Position numbers and translations under genes: made by a program
The notes under the pieces: model-generated
Database searches by the model: none
The model's input: only the letters and a program-made list of their open reading frames with translations
What the model was told of the DNA's origin: nothing
In this document: piece after piece, positions 1 to 7,491 of the stretch
Layout of the letters: each line of letters begins with the position of its first letter
Position numbering within the stretch: position 1 is the first letter of the stretch
Source of the DNA: a candidate division FCPU426 bacterium
GTDB lineage: Bacteria > Oederibacteriota > Muellerivitia > Muellerivitales > Muellerivitaceae
Assembly: GCA_963830915.1 (NCBI GenBank)
Contig: CAWHOE010000011.1
Location: forward strand, 1-45,323
Direction of reading: 5' to 3'
Length of the DNA stretch: 45,323 bases

Positions 1-1244
1 AAACTGTAGATGAATGGCAGGCTTCGATCAAGAACCTTGTGTCCCGAATGGGGGAGTTCCGTCCCGATTCCCGTGTTTTCGAGGAGATCAAGAATATCCT
101 GATGAACCTGGTCACCCTGGTGGCGAAGAAAGGGAGCGCCGAACAGGCGGTTGATTCGATCCTCAAACCCATCGTTTCCAACCTGAAGACCCTCCAGACC
201 GAGAATAACCTTAGTCCGACCGAGATGGTCCTTTTCCTTTTCCTGATGAGAGATATCGTGAGGGAGATACTGAAGGAAAAGATCGGCGAGGCGCAGCGTC
301 AGGATAACCAGGGTGGGGTGCTGTCCTTCAACGACGCCCTGGACCAGGTTTCCATGTTATTGAATCGGCTGGGGTTGGTGTTCTTTGAGAGTTCCATGAG
401 GCTCAAGGAGGAGGACGGGTTCAACCAGGACGTGATGGCCATCGAATACGCCCTTCTATATGAGAGGACCAGGCAGATCGCCATTACCGACCGATTGACC
501 GGGCTGTACAATTTCGGCTATTTCCTTGAGCGCTTAAAAGAGGAAAGAGTCCGCGCGGAACGTTATCACCGATTGCTTTCATTGATCCTGTTCGATATCG
601 ATCATTTCAAAAGATATAACGATACTAATGGGCATCCGGCCGGCAATGAGGTCTTGAAAAAGATCGCCGAAATACTCCGGAATGAAGCCCGTGAGGTGGA
701 TATCGTAGCCCGTTATGGCGGGGAAGAAATGGTCCTGATCCTGCCCGAAACCAGCCGAAAACGCGCTTTTGAGATGGCCGAACGGATCCGGGAAAAGATC
801 GCCTCGACCCCATTTGAACATTCAGGCCAGTCCCTGGCGGGAAAGCTCACCATATCGGCGGGAGTCGCCACTTTCCCGGTGGACGCCGCGAGCGAGGAAG
901 AACTGATCCAAAAGGCCGACAGTAGTCTGTATCAGGCCAAATCGGAGGGGCGCGATAAGGTCGTCGCCTTCGATCCGCCGATCAAGGTCACCTTGAATTA
1001 CCGCCCGACTCGGGAACTTTCCAAGGTCTCGCTGGTTGGCAACTTCAACAACTGGGACAAAGATGTGGATGCCATGATCCGCCAGCCGGACGGGACTTTC
1101 CAATTCATCATCGCCCTGATCCCGGGTGTTTATCATTACAAGTTCGTTCTGAATGACGTGGAGTGGATCCCCGATCCGGCCTGCCCCGAACGGGTCCACG
1201 ATACGTTGGGCGGCGACAATAGCGTCCTTAGGGTCCAGGGTTAA
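1..1244 (+). CDS. Diguanylate cyclase with N-terminal RsbRD_N-like helical domain and C-terminal CBM48 (AMPK-beta-like glycogen-binding) domain; 5' end lies outside the window
   Basis: The frame is open from position 3 (TVDEWQASIKNLV) upstream of the called GTG at 39. GGDEF hallmarks: TDRLTGLYN, DIDHFKRYNDTNGHPAGN, RxxD I-site (REVD), RYGGEE, ADSSLYQAKSEGRD. The C-terminal VSLVGNFNNW...PGVYHYKFVLNDVEWIPDP...GGDNSVL matches CBM48. LSPTEMVLFLFLMR and LLNRLGLVFFE resemble RsbRD_N. Confidence 0.9.
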   Translation, partial: TVDEWQASIKNLVSRMGEFRPDSRVFEEIKNILMNLVTLVAKKGSAEQAVDSILKPIVSNLKTLQTENNLSPTEMVLFLFLMRDIVREILKEKIGEAQRQDNQGGVLSFNDALDQVSMLLNRLGLVFFESSMRLKEEDGFNQDVMAIEYALLYERTRQIAITDRLTGLYNFGYFLERLKEERVRAERYHRLLSLILFDIDHFKRYNDTNGHPAGNEVLKKIAEILRNEAREVDIVARYGGEEMVLILPETSRKRAFEMAERIREKIASTPFEHSGQSLAGKLTISAGVATFPVDAASEEELIQKADSSLYQAKSEGRDKVVAFDPPIKVTLNYRPTRELSKVSLVGNFNNWDKDVDAMIRQPDGTFQFIIALIPGVYHYKFVLNDVEWIPDPACPERVHDTLGGDNSVLRVQG

Positions 1245-1350
1245 GCCGTTCTTGCCGGGTTGATTTTTGCGGTAACACCATAAAAACACTAAACATTTCT
1301 TTACGCATTTGATAAGCTTTCGGTCTTAATTCCGCGTTTTTGGACTGAAA

Positions 1351-4188
1351 ATGGCCGATTACAAATCAACCCTCAACATCACCCAAACGTCCTTTCCCAT
1401 GAAGGCCAATCTCCCGCAGACCGAGCCTGAAAGGCTCAAGCTCTGGGAATCGTTGGGTTTCCACCAAAAGGCCTTTCAAAAGCCCGGCGCGACCAAATAT
1501 ATCCTTCACGACGGACCTCCTTTCGCCAACGGCGATATCCATATGGGAACGGCCCTTAACAAGATCCTGAAAGACATCATCGTCAAATATCACGCCCTGA
1601 AGGGTTTCGATACCCCTTATGTGCCGGGGTGGGACTGCCATGGGATGCCCATTGAGCATAAGGTCATGGAGCATTTGGGACTGAAAGCCAAGACCATCGC
1701 CAAGGTCCACATCCGCCAGGAATGCCGAAAATACGCTGAAAAATTCTTGAACCGCCAAAGGGATGAATTCAAACGGTTGGGAGTCCTGGGATATTTCCAG
1801 GATCCCTATATGACCATGGACCCAGTTTATGAGATGGAGATCGTCAAGGCGTTCAATACCATGTTGGCCAAGGGTTATGTGGAAAGGCGTTTACGCCCTA
1901 TCCATTGGTGTCCGGTCTGCAAGACCGCCCTGGCCGAGGCAGAGGTCGAATACGCCGATCATGACTCCCTCTCTGTGACAGTGGCTTTTCCTGTTAAAAA
2001 ACTTCCAGAGGGTGTGTTCCCCAAGACCCCCCGAGCGGACCTTTCTTTCCTTATCTGGACCACGACCCCTTGGACCCTGCCGGCCAACCTGGGCATCGCG
2101 GTCCATCCCGATTTCGAGTATGTCACGGTGAAGGTGGATTCCTCCTTTTATATTCTGGCCAAGGTTCTACTGCCCCAGGTGGCGCAGGCTTGCGGATGGA
2201 AAGACCCCCAAATATTGGAAGAAGTCCGAGGCCAGGCGTTGGACATGGCCTTGGCCCGGCATCCATTCTTGGACCAGGATTCATTGGTGATGGTGGGACC
2301 CCATGTTACGGCTGATACGGGTACGGGTTTGGTGCATACAGCCCCAGGTCATGGCCGAGAGGACTATGAGATCGGCCTGAAATATAACCTGCCCATTTAC
2401 TCGCCGGTCAACGAGGAAGGGAAGTATGACTCCCGTTTTCCGGAATTCGAGGGAGTCTCGGTTTGGGACGCGAACGCAAAGATCGTTGAAAAACTCAAGG
2501 GATTGGGGCGACTTTTATCGGTCCAGACCCTTACTCATAGCTATCCCCACTGCTGGAGGTCGAAGAATCCCATCATCTTCCGGGCCACAGCCCAATGGTT
2601 CATCGCGTTGGACCACCAGGACTTGAGAAAGAAAGCCCTGGCGGAGATCGAACTGATCGGTAAGAACAATGGATGGATACCGGCCTGGGGCAGGGACCGC
2701 ATCCATAACATGGTGGAAGGCAGGGCCGATTGGTGTATATCCCGTCAGCGTTCCTGGGGAGTGCCCATCACCGCCATTTACTGCAAACCCTGCGGAAAGA
2801 CCGTTATCGACGACAGGGTCATCCAAGCCGTTCTTTCACTGATCGGTTCGGAAGGATTGGATGGCTGGTTCAAACATGTGGCGGAAGATGTCCTACCCAA
2901 GGGTTATCAATGTTCCTGCGGCTCTAAGGAATTCATCAAGGAAGAGGACATCCTGGATGTGTGGTTCGAATCGGGCGTCTCCCATATGGCGGTCCTGGAA
3001 ACCCGCCAAGAACTCTCCTGGCCTGCTGACCTCTATCTAGAAGGAGGGGACCAACACCGGGGATGGTTCCAACACGCCCTTTGGACTGGGGTTGCCTTCA
3101 AGGGAAAAGCCCCGTTCAAAGCCGTATTGACCCACGGTTGGGTGCTGGATGGCGAGGGCAAAGCCATGCATAAAAGCGCGGGGAATGTCATCGACCCCAT
3201 GGAGATGGTCAAAAAATACGGCGCTGACGTGTTACGCCTTTGGGTCGCTTCGGAAGATTATACGGAGGACGTGGGCATCAGCGAGGAGATGCTGACCCGG
3301 ATGTCCGAGGCCTACCGGCGTATCCGGAACACTTTCCGGTTCATTTTGGGCAACCTGTCGGATTTCGATCCGGCGACTAACCGGGTCCCTGAAAGCAGTT
3401 ACTTGCCCTTGGATCGCTGGGCCAGGATGGAAGCCCAGAAAACCCTGGCTGGAATAACGGCGGCCTATGATCAATTCCAATTCACCAAGGTTTTTCACCA
3501 GTTGGATTCCTTCTTTTCAGTCGGCTTGAGCGCCGGTTATTTCGATATCCTCAAGGACCGCCTCTACACCTTCCAGGCAGACTCCCCCGATAGGCGGGCC
3601 GCGCAAACCGTCTTGTATGACATCCTGAAAAGCTGTGTGGTGGCGGTAGCGCCCATTCTGTCTTTCACGGCAGAAGAGATCTGGCAGGCTTTACCCGGGT
3701 CTTTTAAAAGCCCCGAGGAAAAGAGCGTTTTTATGGCGGCTTGGCCTACAGTGGATGCCAAGTTAGACGTGGTGTTGATGGAGGAATGGGACTGGATCTT
3801 CTCGGCAAAGAAAGCCGTATCCAAATCCCTGGAAAGCCTTCGACAGGCCAAGACCATCGGGAGTTCGCTGGAAGCTGAAGTGGAACTTTACGTGGGGGAT
3901 GAAAAGCTTCGGGCGGTCCTGGGGAAACATCTGGAGAATCTCCGATATTATTTCCTGGTCTCGAATGTCGAATTGAAGGAAGGGGCCGCTCCTTCCGAAG
4001 CGTTGGTCGCGGAAGAGGCCCGATTGAAACTTAAGATCATGGTCCGGCGGTCGAACGGGCAAAAATGCGCCCGCTGTTGGAATTATTACATGCCCGACCA
4101 GATGGATAAGGAACTCACGGACCTTTGCCATCGCTGTGGACCCATCGTCAAAAAATCGAGCCCCGGAATCGGCGGCTCTCCCGCATGA
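1351..4188 (+). CDS. ileS: Isoleucine--tRNA ligase (type 1)
   Basis: DYKSTLN..T.FPMKANL N-terminus, LHDGPPFANG, HIGH-equivalent HMGT, WTTTPWTLPAN editing motif, DWCISRQRSWG, KMSKS-equivalent AMHKS, C-terminal CARCW...CHRC zinc finger. Confidence 0.98.
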   Translation: MADYKSTLNITQTSFPMKANLPQTEPERLKLWESLGFHQKAFQKPGATKYILHDGPPFANGDIHMGTALNKILKDIIVKYHALKGFDTPYVPGWDCHGMPIEHKVMEHLGLKAKTIAKVHIRQECRKYAEKFLNRQRDEFKRLGVLGYFQDPYMTMDPVYEMEIVKAFNTMLAKGYVERRLRPIHWCPVCKTALAEAEVEYADHDSLSVTVAFPVKKLPEGVFPKTPRADLSFLIWTTTPWTLPANLGIAVHPDFEYVTVKVDSSFYILAKVLLPQVAQACGWKDPQILEEVRGQALDMALARHPFLDQDSLVMVGPHVTADTGTGLVHTAPGHGREDYEIGLKYNLPIYSPVNEEGKYDSRFPEFEGVSVWDANAKIVEKLKGLGRLLSVQTLTHSYPHCWRSKNPIIFRATAQWFIALDHQDLRKKALAEIELIGKNNGWIPAWGRDRIHNMVEGRADWCISRQRSWGVPITAIYCKPCGKTVIDDRVIQAVLSLIGSEGLDGWFKHVAEDVLPKGYQCSCGSKEFIKEEDILDVWFESGVSHMAVLETRQELSWPADLYLEGGDQHRGWFQHALWTGVAFKGKAPFKAVLTHGWVLDGEGKAMHKSAGNVIDPMEMVKKYGADVLRLWVASEDYTEDVGISEEMLTRMSEAYRRIRNTFRFILGNLSDFDPATNRVPESSYLPLDRWARMEAQKTLAGITAAYDQFQFTKVFHQLDSFFSVGLSAGYFDILKDRLYTFQADSPDRRAAQTVLYDILKSCVVAVAPILSFTAEEIWQALPGSFKSPEEKSVFMAAWPTVDAKLDVVLMEEWDWIFSAKKAVSKSLESLRQAKTIGSSLEAEVELYVGDEKLRAVLGKHLENLRYYFLVSNVELKEGAAPSEALVAEEARLKLKIMVRRSNGQKCARCWNYYMPDQMDKELTDLCHRCGPIVKKSSPGIGGSPA

Positions 4189-4661
4189 TCCTTCTGGGTG
4201 TTTCCATGCTGGTTTTGGCCTTGGACCAAACGACCAAAATACTCGTCCTGCATAATTTGACACTCAACCAGTCCGTTCCACTTTATCCCGACCTGCTCTA
4301 TTTCACCTATATCCAGAACCCGGGAACCGCTTTTGGGTTCATGGCCAACATGGAAACGGTCGTTCGGATACCCTTTTTCGTCGCGGTCACGACCGCGGCA
4401 GGTTTTATCGTCTATATGTACCAATTGTTCATCCCGCCGGGCCGATATCTTTCTCGAATAGCCCTGGGTCTGGTCTGGGGAGGGGCTTTGGGTAATTTCA
4501 TCGACCGTCTGCTTTACGGTAAGGTCATCGACTTCATCGATATGCGCTATCACGAATACCAGTGGTATATCTTCAACGTGGCCGATTCCTGCATCACGGT
4601 GGGTCTGTTCCTCCTTCTCTACGAGTTCCTTTTCGGGAATCTCCTGAAAAAGAAGCCATGA
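4185..4661 (+). CDS. lspA: Lipoprotein signal peptidase II, copy 1
   Basis: LDQTTK, NPGTAFG, GALGNFIDR, VIDFID, FNVADS motifs. The ATG at 4185 overlaps the ileS stop (ATGA). Confidence 0.95.
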   Translation: MILLGVSMLVLALDQTTKILVLHNLTLNQSVPLYPDLLYFTYIQNPGTAFGFMANMETVVRIPFFVAVTTAAGFIVYMYQLFIPPGRYLSRIALGLVWGGALGNFIDRLLYGKVIDFIDMRYHEYQWYIFNVADSCITVGLFLLLYEFLFGNLLKKKP

Positions 4662-5134
4662 TCCGATTACTCTCCCTTTTGGTCGTTGTTTTGGACCAAG
4701 TCTCCAAGTATTTGGTGATGAGGTATTGCCGACCGGAGGATTCGATCACGGTCATCCCGCATTTTTTATATATCACCTATATCCAGAACCCTGGAGCGGC
4801 CTTTGGTTTTCTGGCGGATCTGAGCGCTTGGGTTCGCATACCTTTATTCATCGCCATTACCTTGGCGGCGGGGATCGTGGTCTATTCCTATCAACGGTTC
4901 ATTCCCCTAAAGGAAACCTTGATTAGGATGGCGTTGGGATTGATCTGGGGGGGAGCGGTGGGCAATTTCATCGATCGGATCTTCTACCGAAAGGTCGTTG
5001 ATTTCATCGATGCCAGGTATTACCAATATCATTGGTACATCTTTAATTTGGCCGATTCCTCCATTACGATAGGCCTGACCTTGTTGATCCTTTTATCCTG
5101 GTTCAAAAAAAGAGACTCTTACAAGAGGTTTTGA
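4658..5134 (+). CDS. lspA: Lipoprotein signal peptidase II, copy 2
   Basis: LDQVSK, NPGAAFG, GAVGNFIDR, VVDFID, FNLADS motifs. The ATG at 4658 overlaps the copy 1 stop (ATGA). Confidence 0.95.
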   Translation: MIRLLSLLVVVLDQVSKYLVMRYCRPEDSITVIPHFLYITYIQNPGAAFGFLADLSAWVRIPLFIAITLAAGIVVYSYQRFIPLKETLIRMALGLIWGGAVGNFIDRIFYRKVVDFIDARYYQYHWYIFNLADSSITIGLTLLILLSWFKKRDSYKRF

Positions 5135-5968
5135 ATGTACCCAGTTCTTTTCTCCATCGGCCCCTTCCTGGTTTTTGGTCAATCCTGGGGCCCCCTTCAT
5201 TTTTATTCCTATGGGTTATGTCTGGCCGTGGCGCTGGGGTTGAGCATCACCCTATTCGCCAAGGACGCGGGGAAATACATCGCCCCGAAGATTAAAATCG
5301 CTCCGGATGTTTGTTTTCAAAAAACATTCGATCTGGGGATGTGGGTCATCATCTGTTCCATAGTGGGAGCCCGGTTATTCTATGTGCTGGAGAACCATCA
5401 GGAATTCGAGAACGGACATTGGCTGGACGCCTTCAAATTATGGCAAGGCGGGTTGGTTTTCTTTGGGGGCCTTTTTGGGGCGGCCTTGGCGGGATATTTT
5501 TGGCTTAAGTCGGAAAAATGGCCTATGGCTTATTTTTATGATCTGGTCGCGCCTTATATCCTTCTAGGGCACGCTATCGGTAGGATCGGCTGCTTTTTGA
5601 ACGGATGCTGTTATGGGATCGAAGACCATGCCCATGGCATCATCTTTCCAGGGATCGGGGACAATATCCCACATCTTCCGACCCAACTATGGGAGTTATA
5701 TGGAGACCTGGCTTTGTTCTTTTCGCTGCTTTATGCCCGTCGTTGGACCCTTAAATATCCATGGCTGACTTTTTCCTTGTATGGTTTTACTTACGGTATC
5801 CTTCGTTATGTCATCGAGTTTTGGCGGAGGGATTGGGATAAACGGTACCTGGTCATCTTCAATTCCGCTTCCCAGGCGGTTAGCGGGATCATGGTTCTAC
5901 TGGCTTTGACCGCCATGTTTTGGATCTGGGAGAATAATAGAAAGATTAAAGCCCCTCGGCACCGCTGA
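5135..5968 (+). CDS. lgt: Prolipoprotein diacylglyceryl transferase
   Basis: MYPVLF, YSYG, GARLFYV, WQGGLVFFGG, GRIGCFLNGCCYG, PTQLWE, RYVIEFWR motifs; multi-pass membrane protein. Confidence 0.95.
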   Translation: MYPVLFSIGPFLVFGQSWGPLHFYSYGLCLAVALGLSITLFAKDAGKYIAPKIKIAPDVCFQKTFDLGMWVIICSIVGARLFYVLENHQEFENGHWLDAFKLWQGGLVFFGGLFGAALAGYFWLKSEKWPMAYFYDLVAPYILLGHAIGRIGCFLNGCCYGIEDHAHGIIFPGIGDNIPHLPTQLWELYGDLALFFSLLYARRWTLKYPWLTFSLYGFTYGILRYVIEFWRRDWDKRYLVIFNSASQAVSGIMVLLALTAMFWIWENNRKIKAPRHR

Positions 5969-5986
5969 TTGTAATATCCTCACAGT

Positions 5987-6952
5987 ATGAAAACATCCTC
6001 TTCCAAACCACAAGAAACCCTTTTGACCGTTCCTTTCGAACAAGCGGGGAAACGATTGGATCTTTTTTTATCCATGGTGCTCCTTGATATTTCCAGGACC
6101 AGGATCCGTGAATTGATCGAGAAAGGATGGGTCGTTCCTGAATTTCAAACCAGGGTCTTGAAGCCGAGTTTTTTGGTCAAGGAAGGTCAGCGATTCAAGG
6201 TCACAGTTCCACCGGTCCAGAAAACCGATATCGAGGCGCAAGCCATAGAACTGGACGTGATTTACGAGGATAAGGATCTATTAGTCATCAACAAACCAAT
6301 GGGGTTGGTGGTCCACCCAGGCGCGGGGAATCCGGATAAGACCTTGATCAACGCCCTGGTGGCCCACTGTCCCGATATATCGGGGGTGGGAGGCGTACAA
6401 AGACCTGGTCTGGTCCATCGCCTGGATAAGAACACGACCGGTTTATTGGTCGCCGCCAAGTCCGATATCGCCTATCGGGGATTGGTGAAACAATTGAAAG
6501 ATAGAAGCCTGAGCCGTGAATACCTTGGCATCGTCAAGGGGCGGTTGGACGAAAACGGTTTGGTGGACGCGGCGATCGGGCGACATGTCCACTCCCGAAA
6601 GAAAATGTCAGTTCAAGCCGAAAGCGGCAGGAACGCGGTCACCCATTTCCGGCCACTCAAGGTCTCATCCGGAACCAGCCTGCTCCTGCTCAAGCTTGAG
6701 ACAGGTCGTACCCATCAGATAAGGGTGCATATGAACTTCATCAAACATCCCATTCTCGGGGATAAACTTTATGGGGATGATTCGGGTCTGGCTGATCGAC
6801 AGATGCTTCACGCTTTCCGGTTAACTTTCAAACATCCAAAAACCGGTATCAAGAAGAGTTTTATCGCGCCCCCGCCAAAGGATTTCACGGAGTGTCTTTT
6901 AAAATTAGGGATGAAAGCTCCGGATTGGAAAGAAATAGCCTGGGAGAAGTGA
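5987..6952 (+). CDS. rluD: RluA/RluD family pseudouridine synthase with S4 domain
   Basis: GKRLD...SRTRI S4 domain, VINKPMGLVVHP, RPGLVHRLDKNTTG (catalytic Asp), LETGRTHQIRVH, GDKLY, QMLHA. Confidence 0.92.
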   Translation: MKTSSSKPQETLLTVPFEQAGKRLDLFLSMVLLDISRTRIRELIEKGWVVPEFQTRVLKPSFLVKEGQRFKVTVPPVQKTDIEAQAIELDVIYEDKDLLVINKPMGLVVHPGAGNPDKTLINALVAHCPDISGVGGVQRPGLVHRLDKNTTGLLVAAKSDIAYRGLVKQLKDRSLSREYLGIVKGRLDENGLVDAAIGRHVHSRKKMSVQAESGRNAVTHFRPLKVSSGTSLLLLKLETGRTHQIRVHMNFIKHPILGDKLYGDDSGLADRQMLHAFRLTFKHPKTGIKKSFIAPPPKDFTECLLKLGMKAPDWKEIAWEK

Positions 6953-7141
6953 CGAATTATTTCTGACCTAGAAATTAAGTAGCAGAACGGCTTTCAAAAC
7001 CGCTTTCAGTACAACCGAATCAAACACTAACATCAAATAGAATCGATCCACCAAACGACTTAAATGTTTGATCGGATTAGAGCGAAATCACTCGTTGATG
7101 GCTAAGCCTCTACTCTTGGTTGTGTTTAGTCAAAGAACGCA

Positions 7142-7170
7142 GGGATAGCACATTTCTATCCCAACTTTTG
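7142..7170 (+). terminator. Putative hairpin / weak intrinsic terminator
   Basis: GGGATAG-cacattt-CTATCCC followed by AACTTTT. Confidence 0.4.
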
Positions 7171-7491
7171 GAGACATAGTTCGTGGGAAAATATAATTTG
7201 GATTATTTAAAATGGGACATTGAGAGGGGAAGAAATAAAAAATAATTTTCTAGTTTAAACCACTGATTTTAGTAAAACGAAAAAGCAGTGATGATTATCG
7301 TTAAAACAAAAGCGCTTTTTTAGGCCAAAATAAGCTAAATAGCATGAAAAAATTGATGGGATTGAGGTAATCTAACTATAAGAAGAAAAGGGCAGACACT
7401 AGTTTCACGACATCAACGACCCGCTGGTAGGTTAATTGGGTTAAGAACGGAAATCGTTTTTAATCATGAAGTTGTCCAAGAAAAGGGGAAT

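Noticed and set aside
1245..1350. T-box leader upstream of ileS
   Set aside because: The spacer is only ~105 nt and contains no GGTGGTACCGCG-like T-box motif.
4125..4657. Longer N-termini for the two lspA ORFs (starts 4125 and 4562)
   Set aside because: These extensions overlap the upstream genes; ATGA-coupled starts at 4185 and 4658 give normal-length LspA.
7386..7465. Possible c-di-GMP-I riboswitch upstream of the expansin gene (GGGCAGAC..., TTAAGAACG/CGTTTTTAA hairpin)
   Set aside because: It lacks the GNRA-capped P2 and the GCAAA...CUAA P3 consensus; only a generic hairpin is supported.
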